Shown here in pieces: positions 14,502 through 25,145 of a DNA stretch of 34,740 nt; within the stretch, counting starts at the first letter, position 1, and the number at the start of each line of letters is the position of its first letter. The DNA is from Betaproteobacteria bacterium (GTDB lineage: Bacteria; Pseudomonadota; Gammaproteobacteria; Burkholderiales; SG8-39), in assembly GCA_005882235.1 (NCBI GenBank), contig VBCT01000044.1, forward strand, positions 1 through 34,740. Reading direction: 5' to 3'. The notes beneath the pieces are model-generated. The model saw only the letters and a program-made list of their open reading frames with translations, did no database searches and was not told the origin of the DNA. The translations under genes and the position numbers were made by a program.

Positions 14502-15236
14502 ATGCTCGCGATCATCGGCGGCACCGGGCTGACACGGCTCTCCAGTCTCGATGTCTCGCGTCGCCAGGTGGTGCGGACCCCCTATGGGGAACCGTCCGGA
14601 CCGCTCACTTTCGGCGCGATCCGCGGGGTACCGGTGGTGTTCCTCGCGCGCCACGGCTACGGCCACACGATTCCGCCCCACCAAGTGAACTACCGCGCCA
14701 ACCTATGGGCACTCAAGGAACAGGGTGTCGGTGATATCGTATCGGTCGTTTCGGTCGGCGGCATCCGCGCAGACCTCGGTCCGGGAAGGATCGTCGTCCC
14801 GCACCAGATCATCGACTACACCTGCGGTCGGATGAACACGTTTTTCGAGAACGAGGCTCCGGTGAAGCACATCGACTTCACCGAGCCGTACACCGACGAG
14901 TTGCGAAAGAAGCTTCTCGCGGCGGCGAGAACCTGCGGCGAGGCTGCCGCCGACGGCGCGGTCTATGCCGCAACCCAGGGGCCGAGACTGGAGACGGCCG
15001 CGGAAATCGACCGCCTGGAGCGGGAGGGTGCCGACATCGTCGGCATGACCGGGATGCCCGAGGCGTCCCTGGCGCGCGAGATCGAGCTGGGCTACGCGGC
15101 GATCGCGGTGGTCGTGAATCACGCTGCCGGCCGAGGCGCGAGCGCCCGCGGCGTACCGCTGCACAAGATTGAAGAGGTGCTGAAGGACGCGGCGGGGCGC
15201 GTGTGCAAGGTCATCGAGGCGGTGGTGGCCCTGTGA
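14502..15236 (+). CDS. S-methyl-5'-thioinosine / S-methyl-5'-thioadenosine phosphorylase (PNP/MTAP family 2)
   Basis: 244-aa ORF containing [30 protein letters not shown] and [29 protein letters not shown]. It closely resembles my recollection of the Pseudomonas PA3004-type MTI phosphorylase. Substrate (MTA vs MTI) cannot be decided by eye. Confidence 0.85.
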   Translation: MLAIIGGTGLTRLSSLDVSRRQVVRTPYGEPSGPLTFGAIRGVPVVFLARHGYGHTIPPHQVNYRANLWALKEQGVGDIVSVVSVGGIRADLGPGRIVVPHQIIDYTCGRMNTFFENEAPVKHIDFTEPYTDELRKKLLAAARTCGEAAADGAVYAATQGPRLETAAEIDRLEREGADIVGMTGMPEASLAREIELGYAAIAVVVNHAAGRGASARGVPLHKIEEVLKDAAGRVCKVIEAVVAL

Positions 15237-15763
15237 TTCGCGAAGTCCTGAAAATGGGTGATCTGCGGCTGCTCGAGAAATCACAGTCCGTGGAGGCGTT
15301 CGGCACGCCGCAGCTGCGCGAGCTGATCGCCGACATGCGCGACACCATGGCGCACCTGAACGGCGCCGGGCTCGCCGCCCCGCAGATCGGTGTCCCGTTG
15401 CGGGTGGTCATTTTCGGAGTCACGCGCAATCCCCGCTATCCCGACGTGGAGGAAGTTCCGGACACGGTCCTCGTCAATCCGGTCATCACGCCGAGCGGCG
15501 CGGAAATGGAAGAAGACTGGGAGGGCTGCCTGTCGGTCCCGGGCATGCGCGGCGTCGTCCCGCGCTTCAAGACGTTGCGCTACCAGGGCTTCGACGAATC
15601 GGGCAATCCGATCGATCGGAGCGTCGCAGGGTTCCACGCGCGGGTCGTACAGCACGAATGCGACCATCTCGACGGAATTCTGTACCCGATGCGCATGCCC
15701 GACATGTCCCAATTCGGCTTCGTCGAGGTTCTGTTCCCAGACCAGGAGGTGATCGACGAATGA
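15233..15763 (+). CDS. def: Peptide deformylase
   Basis: Start trimmed to GTG 15233 ([13 protein letters not shown]), overlapping the upstream stop (GTGA). It has the three deformylase motifs [18 protein letters not shown] and QHECDHLDG. The product is 176 aa. Confidence 0.88.
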   Translation: MIREVLKMGDLRLLEKSQSVEAFGTPQLRELIADMRDTMAHLNGAGLAAPQIGVPLRVVIFGVTRNPRYPDVEEVPDTVLVNPVITPSGAEMEEDWEGCLSVPGMRGVVPRFKTLRYQGFDESGNPIDRSVAGFHARVVQHECDHLDGILYPMRMPDMSQFGFVEVLFPDQEVIDE

Positions 15764-15779
15764 GATCGGAGGGCTGCGT

Positions 15780-18144
15780 CTAGGCCTGCAGCGCCTGCAG
15801 CAGGTCGGTTTCGAGCTGCAGCACGGTTTTCGAGTTGGCGAGCGCCGCGCCGGACACCACGAACACGTCCTCTGCGCGCTCGCCTAGCGTTGCGATCTTG
15901 GCGGTGTGCAGGTTGACCCCGTAACGGCTGAGCACCAGCGCGATGGCATAGAGCAGGCCGGGCCGGTCGCCGGCGGTGACCGACAGGGAGTGGTACTGGC
16001 CTTTTTCGTCCGGGACGATGCGCACCTCCGGTGCGATGGGGAAGTGCTTGACGCGCCGCGACACCCGCCCCTGGACCGGCTGCGGCAGGGGAACCTGGTT
16101 CGCCAGCCGGAGAGAGACGCGCCTTGACCACAGGCCTGTCGGCGCTCTCGCGGTGGTGCAGCAGCCGCGTGTGCCAGGCGATTTCCTGAGCGTCGTGGCG
16201 CAGGAAATACGGGACATCGAAATGGCGCCACAGGGCATCCTGGACGGTGTCCGACAGCCCGTAGAGCCCCAACAGGCGCTTGGCTTCGTCCTGCTTGCTC
16301 TGAATGTACTGGTCCGCCTCGAGCTTTCCGCCCTTCAGCAGATGCTGCGTCGCGCGAAAGAGATCCTCGAGGAGCTTGCCCTTCCAGGCGTTCCATACCT
16401 TGGGACTCGTGCCGCGGATGTCCGCGACCGTGAGCAGATAGAGCGCGACCAGCCGCCGCTCGGTGCCGACGACATCGGCGAAGCGCCGCACGACCTCCGG
16501 TTCGGACAGGTCCTGTTTCTGCGCCACCGAGGACATGGTGAGGTGGTGCTCGACGAGGAACTCGACGAGCTGCGTGTCTTCGGCCGCAAGGCCATGCTCG
16601 CGGCAGAAACGCTGCGCCTCGAGCCTGCCCAGCTGCGAGTGATCGCCTCCGCGGCCTTTGGCGATGTCGTGGAAGATCGCAGCGATGTACAGCAGCCAGT
16701 GGCGCTCGAGGCTGGCGATGAGGCGGCTGCACAGCGGATACTCGTGCGCAAACTCGACCATCGTGAAGCGGCGCACGTTGAGCACGACGGTGAGGATGTG
16801 CTGGTCTACGGTGTACACATGGAAGAGATCGTGCTGCATCTGGCCGACGATGCGACGGAAAGCGGGCAGATACCTTCCCAGAATGCCGTATTGATTCATT
16901 CGCCGAAATTCGTGCACGATGCCCCGCGGCTGCTGCAGCAGAGAAAGGAAAGTCGCGCGGTTGCGCGGATCTCTTCGAAAGGCAGCGTCGATGCGCGTGC
17001 GCGCACGCCACAGGGCGCGCAGCGTCTGCGCCGTCATGCCTTTCAGCTCCGAGTGCTGCTGCATGATGAGAAAACTCTCGAGGATCGCGGTGGGCTCGCG
17101 TTCAAACAGATCGGCTGGATGCGCTTCCAGGAGCTCGCCTACCCGCCTGAACTTTTCGTCGATCTTCGCAACGTCGGAGTCCCGCGCCGGGAAAATTTCG
17201 GCACCTACGTTCTGGAGCAGTATGGTATTCAGCTGCGTGACCGCCTTCGCCGTGCGGAAATAAGACTGCATCAACTGCTCGCCGGCGCGCCGGTGCGCGG
17301 TGGGGGAATACCCGAGATCGCGCGCCAGGCTATCCTGGTAATCGAACAGCAGTCGGTCTTCGCGGCGCCCGGCGGCGTAATGCAGGCGCACCCGCAGGTT
17401 CTGGAGCAATCTGTGATGCTTCTGCACCTGGCGCGCTTCCTCCCGCGTAATCAGGCCGCGCTGCGCCAGTTCCGTCCAGGAATTTCCCAGTCCGCAGGCC
17501 TGGCTGATCCAAAGGATCACTTGCAGGTCGCGAAGGCCGCCGGGTGCTTCCTTGAGATTGGGCTCGAGGCTGTAGGGGCTGTCCTGGAATTTGGTATGGC
17601 GCTGTTCCTGCTCCAAGCGCTTTGCCTTGAAAAACACCTTGGCGTCGAGGCATTCCCCCCGCGCGCGATCGAAACGGGCGAAAAGGCCGCGGTTTCCGGC
17701 GAGTTGTCGTGCTTCAAGGAGGCTGGTCATCACGGTGACGTCCTTCCTCGCCTCCTCGACGCACTCGGCGACGGTGCGCACGCTGTGGGCGAGCTCGAGC
17801 CCGGTGTCCCAGAGTCGTCCTACGAGTTTTTCGATCTGGGTCGCGAGGCCGACGGAAGCCGGGTCCTGCAGCAGCACCAGCACGTCGACGTCGGAATGAG
17901 GATAGAGCTCCCCGCGCCCGTAGCCGCCGACCGCGAGCAGCGCAAGGGGTGCCGGCAATCGGAGCTGGCGCCACATCTCCTTCAGGACCCGGTCGACCAA
18001 GCGGCGATGCTCTCGCAGCACCAGGGTGCCGTCCGCCGTCTCGCGAAATCTTGCCTGCAGCGCGGCGCGCTCGGCTTGCACGCCGGCCTTCAGGCCGGCG
18101 AGCGTGGCGCCGCCGTCCGCAAGCGTCGCGGGAGGGGACAACAT
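15780..18144 (-). pseudogene. glnD: [Protein-PII] uridylyltransferase/uridylyl-removing enzyme GlnD, disrupted: frame change near 16100 with an apparent loss of the first ACT domain
   Basis: Codons from 18144 to 16099 (682 aa) read as normal GlnD, with an NTase region GGYGRGELYPHSDVDVLVL, the HD domain FHDIAKGRGGDHSQLG and an end at VVKARLSPAGE. The remainder of that frame is P/R/A-rich nonsense running to 15580. A frame offset by one base, with a stop at 15780, reads NQVPLPQPVQGRVSRRVKHFPIAPEVRIVPDEKGQYHSLSVTAGDRPGLLYAIALVLSRYGVNLHTAKIATLGERAEDVFVV. This is the linker plus the C-terminal ACT domain. Confidence 0.7.
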
Positions 18145-18148
18145 GGAG

Positions 18149-18943
18149 TCAGTGCTTCGGCGGAGGGGGCGTGCCGGCGGAAAGGGTCAGGACCTCGAAT
18201 CCCGTGCCGGTGACCAGGACGGTGTGCTCCCATTGTGCCGACAGGCTATGGTCCTTGGTGACGATGGTCCAGCCGTCGGCGAGTTCGCGGATCGCCGGCT
18301 TGCCGGCGTTGATCATCGGTTCGATCGTGAAGGTCATTCCCGGTTGGAGGCGCGTGCCCGTTCCGGAGCGTCCGTAGTGCAGAACCTGCGGCTCTTCGTG
18401 GAATTTTCGCCCGATTCCATGGCCGCAGAACTCGCGCACGACGCTGTAGCCGTGGGTTTCGGCATGCCGCTGGATCGCCGCGCCGACGTCACCGAGAAAA
18501 GCCCCGGGGCGCACCTCGCGGATGCCGAGCCACATGCACTCGTAAGTGGTCTCGCACAGACGTTTCGCCTGGATGGAGGGTTCGCCGACGTAGTACATTC
18601 GGCTGGAATCGCCGTGAAAACCGTCTTTGATCACGGTGACGTCGATATTCAGGATGTCCCCCGCCTTGAGCACGCGCTCCCCTGGAATGCCGTGGCAGAC
18701 TTGGTGGTTGACCGAGGTGCAGATCGACTTCGGAAAGGGCTTGTAGCCGGGGGGAGCGTAGTTCAGAGGAGCAGGGATCGCCTTCTGCTCCTCGACGATC
18801 AAGTCGTGGCAAAGACGGTCGAGTTCGCCGGTCGTGACTCCGGGTTTGACGCGCGGGGCGACGAAGTCGAGCACTTCCCCGGCGAGCTGCCCGGCGACGC
18901 GCATGCGCTCGATTTCCTCGGCGGTTTTCAGATGTATCGTCAT
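18149..18943 (-). CDS. map: Type I methionine aminopeptidase
   Basis: 264-aa ORF. The metal ligand contexts NIDVT, HGDSS, FCGHGIG and TIEP/EHT are all present. The stop lies 4 nt before the glnD start. Confidence 0.92.
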   Translation of the reverse strand: MTIHLKTAEEIERMRVAGQLAGEVLDFVAPRVKPGVTTGELDRLCHDLIVEEQKAIPAPLNYAPPGYKPFPKSICTSVNHQVCHGIPGERVLKAGDILNIDVTVIKDGFHGDSSRMYYVGEPSIQAKRLCETTYECMWLGIREVRPGAFLGDVGAAIQRHAETHGYSVVREFCGHGIGRKFHEEPQVLHYGRSGTGTRLQPGMTFTIEPMINAGKPAIRELADGWTIVTKDHSLSAQWEHTVLVTGTGFEVLTLSAGTPPPPKH

Positions 18944-19066
18944 GCTTCAGCAAAAAAGTGCGAAGGATAAGTCATCGACCTCGTCGGGGCAAATCGCAGA
19001 CCGTTGTAGACGGGGCTCGCGGCTGCGGCCAGGGGCGGAGTAAAACTCTGTTTGCACAGGAAAAAC

Positions 19067-19096
19067 TTGCATCGGTTTCGATCCGCGTGCTAGTAT
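19067..19096 (+). promoter_or_regulatory. Candidate sigma70 promoter of rpsB-tsf
   Basis: TTGCAT (19067-19072), an 18-nt spacer, then TAGTAT (19091-19096). It lies in the 289-bp AT-richer map/rpsB divergent intergenic region, about 137 nt upstream of the rpsB ATG. Confidence 0.4.
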
Positions 19097-19106
19097 TTTA
19101 AGTCTC

Positions 19107-19135
19107 TAGCCGGGCTTGGCCTCGGCTAAATTTTT
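19107..19135 (+). promoter_or_regulatory. 5'-leader stem-loop of rpsB (terminator-like hairpin plus U-run)
   Basis: TAGCCGGGC-TTG-GCC(T)CGGCTA forms about 9 bp with one bulge (19107-19128). It is followed by AAATTTTT (T-run 19131-19135) and lies just downstream of the candidate -10. Confidence 0.3.
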
Positions 19136-19232
19136 GCCGCCCCGCTGTTAGGGTGCCCACGACGTTCTCATCGAATTTCGGCGGGTCATTTGGCCGGGGC
19201 GGCCCTGAACTGTAACCCTAACCGGAGTCACC

Positions 19233-19985
19233 ATGTCGACCACGATGCGCCAAATGCTCGAAGCGGGCGTGCATTTCGGCCACCAGACCCGCTACTGGAA
19301 CCCGAAGATGGCGCCATTCATCTTCGGTCATCGCAACAAGATCCACATCATCAATCTCGAGAAGACCATGGTGATGTACCAGGAGGCGATGAAATTCGTG
19401 CGCCAGCTTGCCTCCAACAAGGGCACCCTCTTGTTCGTCGGAACCAAGCGTCAGGCGCGCGAGATCATCCGCGAGGAGGCCGAGCGCTGCGCCGCGCCCT
19501 TCGTCGATCACCGCTGGCTCGGCGGGATGCTCACGAACTTCAAGACCGTCCGCCAATCGATCAAGCGACTCAAGGAAATGGAGGTGATGATCGAGGACGG
19601 AAGCATGGAGAAGCTGCCGAAGAAAGAGGCCCTGCACTTTCAGCGCGAGCTCGCCAAGCTGCAACGCAGTCTCGGGGGCATCAAGGCCCTGGACAACCGG
19701 CCCGATGCCTTGTTCGTGATCGACGTCGGCTACCAGAAAGGGGCGGTCGCCGAGGCGAAAAAGCTCGGCATCCCCGTTATCGGGGTCGTCGACACCAATC
19801 ACTCTCCAGACGGAATCGCCTATGTCATTCCGGGCAACGACGACTCGAGCCGGGCGATTCGGCTGTATGCGCGCGGGATCGCCGATGCGATCATGGAGGG
19901 CCGCAGCCAGGTCGTGCAGGAAATCATCGGTGCAACCTCGGATGAATTCGTCGAAGTCGAAGAGCCCGGGGCGAAGAGGCAATGA
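19233..19985 (+). CDS. rpsB: 30S ribosomal protein S2
   Basis: 250-aa [41 protein letters not shown] is the canonical S2 N-terminus. A GGAG SD lies 7 nt upstream. Confidence 0.95.
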   Translation: MSTTMRQMLEAGVHFGHQTRYWNPKMAPFIFGHRNKIHIINLEKTMVMYQEAMKFVRQLASNKGTLLFVGTKRQAREIIREEAERCAAPFVDHRWLGGMLTNFKTVRQSIKRLKEMEVMIEDGSMEKLPKKEALHFQRELAKLQRSLGGIKALDNRPDALFVIDVGYQKGAVAEAKKLGIPVIGVVDTNHSPDGIAYVIPGNDDSSRAIRLYARGIADAIMEGRSQVVQEIIGATSDEFVEVEEPGAKRQ

Positions 19986-20006
19986 TCGGCGATTGCGGGC
20001 CAAAAG

Positions 20007-20029
20007 GGGCGCGGCAGCGCTTTTTTTTT
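20007..20029 (+). terminator. Weak hairpin plus T9 run between rpsB and tsf (possible attenuator)
   Basis: GGGCGC-GGCA-GCGC is followed by TTTTTTTTT (20021-20029). The GC stem is only about 4 bp and is extendable only by G-U/A-U pairs, so read-through into tsf is likely. Confidence 0.35.
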
Positions 20030-20059
20030 GAACTTCTAGAGCAGCAAGGTTCCAGATAA

Positions 20060-20920
20060 ATGGCGGAAATCACCGCAAGCATGGTCAGAGATCTGCGCGA
20101 CAAGACCGACGCGCCGATGATGGAGTGCAAGAAGGCGCTGGTCGAGGCGGAAGGCAATTCAGCCAAAGCCGAGGAGCTGCTGCGCGTCAGACTCGGCAGC
20201 AAGGCGTCTCGGGCCGCGACGCGCACGGCGGCCGAAGGCGTCGTCGCGGTTCACGTCGCGCCGGACGCGAAGACCGGCGCGATCGTGGAAGTCAACTGCG
20301 AAACCGACTTCGTCGCCAAGACCGACGATTTCCGGAAGTTTGCCGCTTCTCTTGCTGAACTGGTCGCGAAACGCAATCCTGTGGACCTCGCCGCCTTGAA
20401 CGCCCTGCCTCTGGGCGGCGCCACGGTGGACGAGGCGCGCAAGGCGCTCTTCGGGCGCATCAGGGAGAACATATCTATTCGCAGATTTGCCCGGATCGAA
20501 GCCAGGGGCCGCCTGTCTCAGTATATTCACGGCGGAGCGAAGATCGGCGTCCTGGTGGATATTTCCGGAGGCAAGGAACAGCTCGGCCGCGATCTGGCCA
20601 TGCACATCGCGGCGTCCAAACCGCTCGGCCTGTCGCGCGACGACGTCCCCGTAGAGCTCGTGAAAAAGGAACGCGACATCGCTAGAGCGAAAGCGGCCGA
20701 GTCGGGCAAACCGGCAAATATTGTCGAGAAGATGGTCGAAGGCAGCGTGCAGAAATTCGTCAGGGAAGTCACGCTGCTCGGTCAAATCTTCGTCAAGGAT
20801 CCTGCTGGAAAGCAGACCGTGGAAGCTCTCCTCAAGGCTGGTGGCGCGTCGGTTTCGCGCTTCGTGCTGTATGTGGTCGGCGAGGGAATTGAAAAGAAGG
20901 GGAACGGTCAGGCGGCCTAA
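20060..20920 (+). CDS. tsf: Translation elongation factor Ts
   Basis: 286-aa [33 protein letters not shown] is a UBA-like N-terminus. [12 protein letters not shown] and [10 protein letters not shown]-type C-terminal motifs are present. Confidence 0.93.
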   Translation: MAEITASMVRDLRDKTDAPMMECKKALVEAEGNSAKAEELLRVRLGSKASRAATRTAAEGVVAVHVAPDAKTGAIVEVNCETDFVAKTDDFRKFAASLAELVAKRNPVDLAALNALPLGGATVDEARKALFGRIRENISIRRFARIEARGRLSQYIHGGAKIGVLVDISGGKEQLGRDLAMHIAASKPLGLSRDDVPVELVKKERDIARAKAAESGKPANIVEKMVEGSVQKFVREVTLLGQIFVKDPAGKQTVEALLKAGGASVSRFVLYVVGEGIEKKGNGQAA

Positions 20921-20964
20921 AAATGGAGCTATACGGAGACAAGAAGAAGGAAAGGCAGCCTGGA

Positions 20965-21690
20965 ATGACCGCAACTGCCAAATACAAGCGGATCCTGCTC
21001 AAACTGAGCGGCGAAGCCCTCATGGGAGACGATTCCTTCGGGATCAATCGTGCCACGATCGAACGCATCGTCGGCGAGATTGCCCAGGTCGCGGCGCTCG
21101 GGCTGGAGATCGCAGTAGTGATCGGCGGGGGCAATATTTTTCGCGGCGTCGCTCCGGGCGCGGCGGGAATGGATCGCGCCACGGCCGATTACATCGGAAT
21201 GCTCGCGACCATCATGAACGCGCTCGCCCTGCAGGACGCCATGCGGCAGGCGGGCTTGAACGCGCGGGTACAGTCTGCGCTCAACATAGAACAGGTGGTC
21301 GAGCCCTACATCCGCAACAAGGCGATCCGCTACCTCGAGGAAGGCAAGATCGTCATTTTTGCCGCGGGGACCGGCAACCCGTTCTTTACGACCGATACCG
21401 CGGCGGCGCTGCGGGGAACGGAGATCGGCGCGGAAATGGTCCTCAAGGCGACCAAGGTCGACGGGATCTATACGGCCGATCCCAAGCTGCGCCCGGACGC
21501 CAAGCTCTACGACAGACTGAGCTTTGACGAGGCCATGATCAAGAATCTGAAGGTGATGGATGCCACGGCCTTCGCGCTTTGCCGCGATCAGAAGCTCCCG
21601 ATCACCGTGTTCAGCATCTTGAAAGCCGGAGCGATGAAGCGGGTCGTCACCGGTGAAAAAGAAGGCACGCTGGTCTACGTGAGCGCCTGA
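20965..21690 (+). CDS. pyrH: UMP kinase
   Basis: Start trimmed to ATG 20965 ([19 protein letters not shown]), giving 241 aa. It contains [10 protein letters not shown] and [16 protein letters not shown]. The 14-codon upstream extension in the track has no homology logic. Confidence 0.9.
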   Translation: MTATAKYKRILLKLSGEALMGDDSFGINRATIERIVGEIAQVAALGLEIAVVIGGGNIFRGVAPGAAGMDRATADYIGMLATIMNALALQDAMRQAGLNARVQSALNIEQVVEPYIRNKAIRYLEEGKIVIFAAGTGNPFFTTDTAAALRGTEIGAEMVLKATKVDGIYTADPKLRPDAKLYDRLSFDEAMIKNLKVMDATAFALCRDQKLPITVFSILKAGAMKRVVTGEKEGTLVYVSA

Positions 21691-21710
21691 GCCCGCGAGG
21701 AGGGGGATTC

Positions 21711-22274
21711 ATGAGTACCCTGGCCGACGTCAAGAAGAACACCGAGCAGAGAATGCATAAGTCGCTCGATGCCCTGAAAACCGACTTGTCCAAAGTCCGG
21801 ACCGGCCGGGCGCACGCGGGGCTGCTCGACCACATCTCGGTGGATTACTACGGCAGTCAGACGCCGATTCCGAAGGTCGCCAACGTAAGCCTCCTCGACG
21901 CCCGCACCCTCGGCGTATCGCCCTGGGAGAAAAAAATGCTCGGCGCGATCGAGAAGGCGATCCGCGAGTCCGATCTTGGCCTGAATCCTGCTTCTCACGG
22001 AGACATGGTACGGGTGCCGATGCCGACTCTCACCGAGGAGCGCCGCCGGGATTTGATCAAGGTGATCAAGCACGAGGGCGAAAATGCCAAGGTTGCCGTG
22101 CGCAACCTGCGCCGCGACGCCAATCATGCGCTCAAGGAACTGCTGAAAGGCAAGGCCGTGTCCGAAGACGAGGAACGCCGCGCGCAAGACGAAATCCAAA
22201 GGCTCACCGACAAACACATCACCGAAATCGACAAGATGATCGCAGCAAAAGAAGCAGAGCTGATGGCGGTTTGA
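21711..22274 (+). CDS. frr: Ribosome recycling factor
   Basis: 187-aa ORF containing [27 protein letters not shown] and [26 protein letters not shown] lies upstream. Confidence 0.93.
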   Translation: MSTLADVKKNTEQRMHKSLDALKTDLSKVRTGRAHAGLLDHISVDYYGSQTPIPKVANVSLLDARTLGVSPWEKKMLGAIEKAIRESDLGLNPASHGDMVRVPMPTLTEERRRDLIKVIKHEGENAKVAVRNLRRDANHALKELLKGKAVSEDEERRAQDEIQRLTDKHITEIDKMIAAKEAELMAV

Positions 22275-22299
22275 TCGAACACCACAGAATGTCCACTCC

Positions 22300-23085
22300 A
22301 TGAAATCCTTCGCCAGCTCGACGCGCGAGATCCCGCCCCCCAGCGATATCCCCAGGCATATCGCCGTCATCATGGATGGCAACGGGCGCTGGGCCAAGAA
22401 GCGCTATCTCCCTCGCGTCGCCGGTCACAAGCAAGGGGTCGAGACGGTGCGCCGGGTCACGCGTGCGTGCACCGATCGCGGCATCGAATACCTGACCCTG
22501 TTCGCCTTCAGCTCGGAGAACTGGCGCCGGCCCGCCGAAGAGGTTTCGACGCTCAAGCAGCTGTTCATGGCCGCCCTCGAGCAGGAAGCCGAGCGGCTGC
22601 ACCAGAACAAGGTGCGCCTCAAGATAATCGGCGATATCGCGCCGTTCGGGGCGCGCGTGGTCGAGCTCGCTGGCCGCGCCCAGGAGCTCACCGCGCACAA
22701 TGTGGGACTTACGCTCACGATTGCCGCCAATTATGGCGGCCGCTGGGACCTGATGCAGGCCTTGCTGAAGCTCGTGCGCACCAGCCCTCTGCCTGCCGAG
22801 GGATATACCGAGGAGCAACTCGCTCCGCATCTGGCGCTCAACTACGCGCCCGAACCGGATCTCTTCATTCGCACCGGGGGCGAGCAGCGCATCAGTAATT
22901 TCCTGCTGTGGCAGCTTGCCTATACCGAACTGTATTTCACCCCGACGCTGTGGCCGGACTTCGACGCCAAGCAGCTCGATGCGGCGATCGCTTGGTATCG
23001 CGAGCGCGAGCGCCGCTTCGGGCGGACCAGTGAGCAGCTCGAAAAAACCAAGCGCGAAAGCAGTGGCCGCCGGAGGATCGCGTAA
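22300..23085 (+). CDS. uppS: Ditrans,polycis-undecaprenyl-diphosphate synthase (isoprenyl transferase)
   Basis: 261-aa ORF containing [30 protein letters not shown] and [17 protein letters not shown]. Confidence 0.9.
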   Translation: MKSFASSTREIPPPSDIPRHIAVIMDGNGRWAKKRYLPRVAGHKQGVETVRRVTRACTDRGIEYLTLFAFSSENWRRPAEEVSTLKQLFMAALEQEAERLHQNKVRLKIIGDIAPFGARVVELAGRAQELTAHNVGLTLTIAANYGGRWDLMQALLKLVRTSPLPAEGYTEEQLAPHLALNYAPEPDLFIRTGGEQRISNFLLWQLAYTELYFTPTLWPDFDAKQLDAAIAWYRERERRFGRTSEQLEKTKRESSGRRRIA

Positions 23086-23121
23086 GGCCTCTGCCGTGCA
23101 GGCCGAAAAGCGCGGGCACCC

Positions 23122-23949
23122 ATGCTCAAAACCCGCGTGATGACGGCGGCTGTCCTGCTTGCTGGATTCGTTTCGGCGCTGTACCTGTTGCCCAGGAACG
23201 GTTGGGTCGCATTTTGCGCCGTGTTTCTCGGACTTTCCGCTTGGGAGTGGGGAGCACTGGCGGCGCTTGCCGCAGTCGGGCGCTTGATTTACTCGACCTT
23301 CTTGGTTGGATTTTTCGTGCTGCCCGGGATCCTCGAGGCTTCCGCGGCGAACGGCCCCTATGCGCCGGCCTGGGTTTACCATGTCGCGGGCTTGTTCTGG
23401 ATCGTCCTCGTTCCGGTGTGGATTTGGCGGCGAAGGCGCATCGACAGTCGCGCCTTGCTGCTTGCAGCGGGTGCCATCGTGCTGGTACCCGCTTTCGCTG
23501 CGATGGTCGATCTGCGCAGCATACATCCGTCCCTTTTGATCGCGGTCCTGGGTACGGTATGGATCTCCGACACGGCTGCGTATTTCGCCGGCCGGCGCTT
23601 CGGGCACCGTAAGCTCGCGCCATCCATCAGCCCCGGGAAAACCTGGGAAGGCGTCGCCGGGGCGCTCGCAGCGGTCGGGATCTACGCGCTCGCATGGGCA
23701 GGCCTCAGCGCTCCGGGTAACACGCCTGCGTGGCCCGGCGCGATGAGGGTGGCAGCGACGTGGATTCTTCCGGTTCTCCTCGGGCTCGCCGTGGTTGGAA
23801 TGATTGGCGATCTGTTCGAATCTCTGATAAAACGCCAGGCGGGGGTCAAGGACAGCGGCACGCTTTTACCCGGCCACGGAGGGATACTCGACCGCATCGA
23901 TGCACCCGTGGCTATGCTCCCCCTGGCGGTGCTTGCGTTCATGAGATGA
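23122..23949 (+). CDS. cdsA: Phosphatidate cytidylyltransferase
   Basis: 275-aa polytopic membrane ORF. It carries the CDS signature [29 protein letters not shown] ... [31 protein letters not shown]. Confidence 0.85.
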   Translation: MLKTRVMTAAVLLAGFVSALYLLPRNGWVAFCAVFLGLSAWEWGALAALAAVGRLIYSTFLVGFFVLPGILEASAANGPYAPAWVYHVAGLFWIVLVPVWIWRRRRIDSRALLLAAGAIVLVPAFAAMVDLRSIHPSLLIAVLGTVWISDTAAYFAGRRFGHRKLAPSISPGKTWEGVAGALAAVGIYALAWAGLSAPGNTPAWPGAMRVAATWILPVLLGLAVVGMIGDLFESLIKRQAGVKDSGTLLPGHGGILDRIDAPVAMLPLAVLAFMR

Positions 23950-25145
23950 CCACGATTCAAAACATCGCGATACTCGGAGCGACGGGCTCGATCGGAGCAA
24001 GTACCCTGGATGTGATCGCGCGCCACCCGTCGCGCTTCCGTGTGGCGGCATTGACCGCCCATCGGCAAGTCGACGAGCTGGCCGCCCTATGCAGGCGGCA
24101 CCGGCCCGACTACGTGTGCGTGGCGGACGCCGCGCACGCGCCGCGGCTCCGCGAGCGCCTGGCGGGGGCGGGCGTCGGCTGCCGAGTTCTCGCGGGCGAG
24201 GCGGGCCTCGTGGAAGTGGCCTCGCTGCCCCAGGTCGACTGTGTCATGGCCGCGATCGTCGGGGCGGCCGGACTCCGCGCAACGCTCGCCGCAGCGAGGG
24301 CGGGCAAGAAGCTGCTGCTCGCAAACAAGGAAGCGCTGGTGATCGCGGGGCCCGTGTTCATGGAAACGGTGCGAGCCAGCGGGGCGATGCTGCTGCCGAT
24401 CGACAGCGAGCACAACGCCATCTTTCAATGCCTTCCACCGTTCGCCTCGGGAGAGCTTGCCGCAAAGGGGATCCGCAAGATCCTCCTCACCGGGTCGGGG
24501 GGGCCGTTCAGGAGCCGCGCGCGCGCAGACTTGCACCGCGTGACACCCGACGAGGCCTGCGCCCATCCGAACTGGGTCATGGGACGCAAGATCTCGGTGG
24601 ATTCGGCGACCATGATGAACAAGGGATTGGAGATCATCGAGGCTCGCTGGCTCTTCGGTGCAAGCCCAGAACAGATCCAGGTCGTCGTCCATCCGCAGAG
24701 CGTGGTCCATTCGATGGTCGAGTACGCCGACGGTTCCGTGATCGCTCAACTCGGGCACCCTGACATGCGCACGCCGATCGCCCAGGCGCTCGCGTATCCC
24801 GAGCGCATCGAGGCTGGAGTGTCGTCGCTCGACCTCTTTCGCATCGGCGCCTTGAGCTTCGAGCAGCCCGATTTCGAGCGTTTCCCCGCGCTGAACCTCG
24901 CTTACGCGGCGCTCAGGAGCGGAGGGGCAGCACCGGCCACGCTGAACGCGGCCAACGAAGTTGCGGTAGCCGCGTTTCTCGAGGGGCGCTTGCCGTTTTT
25001 GCGGATCACTGCAGTCATCGAGGAAACTCTCGCCGGCCTTCCCCCAAGTCCCCTCGTGACGCTCGAGGACGTGCTCGCGGCCGACGCGAGAGCCCGGGCG
25101 CGGGCGAACCAGATCATCGCGCGATTCAACTCCCACGCCGCATGA
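23946..25145 (+). CDS. dxr: 1-deoxy-D-xylulose-5-phosphate reductoisomerase
   Basis: Start trimmed to ATG 23946 ([23 protein letters not shown]), overlapping the cdsA stop (ATGA), giving 399 aa. It contains [19 protein letters not shown] and [21 protein letters not shown]. Confidence 0.92.
   Translation: MTTIQNIAILGATGSIGASTLDVIARHPSRFRVAALTAHRQVDELAALCRRHRPDYVCVADAAHAPRLRERLAGAGVGCRVLAGEAGLVEVASLPQVDCVMAAIVGAAGLRATLAAARAGKKLLLANKEALVIAGPVFMETVRASGAMLLPIDSEHNAIFQCLPPFASGELAAKGIRKILLTGSGGPFRSRARADLHRVTPDEACAHPNWVMGRKISVDSATMMNKGLEIIEARWLFGASPEQIQVVVHPQSVVHSMVEYADGSVIAQLGHPDMRTPIAQALAYPERIEAGVSSLDLFRIGALSFEQPDFERFPALNLAYAALRSGGAAPATLNAANEVAVAAFLEGRLPFLRITAVIEETLAGLPPSPLVTLEDVLAADARARARANQIIARFNSHAA

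Noticed and set aside
15580-15779. 3' tail of the 854-aa glnD track ORF overlapping def on the opposite strand
   Set aside because: It is an out-of-frame continuation after the glnD frame break. The true GlnD C-terminus, in the other frame, stops at 15780. It is not treated as a real overlapping gene.
15976-18213. 745-aa plus-strand ORF opposite glnD/map
   Set aside because: Shadow ORF. The translation is low complexity and spans two well-supported minus-strand genes.
20890-20964. EF-Ts ends ...[13 protein letters not shown] without the DFAAEVAA-type tail I remember from E. coli; possible 3' truncation of tsf
   Set aside because: The length of 286 aa is within the normal range, and no alternative frame downstream encodes the missing tail. 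The C-terminal tail is variable among lineages, so I treat this as natural variation.
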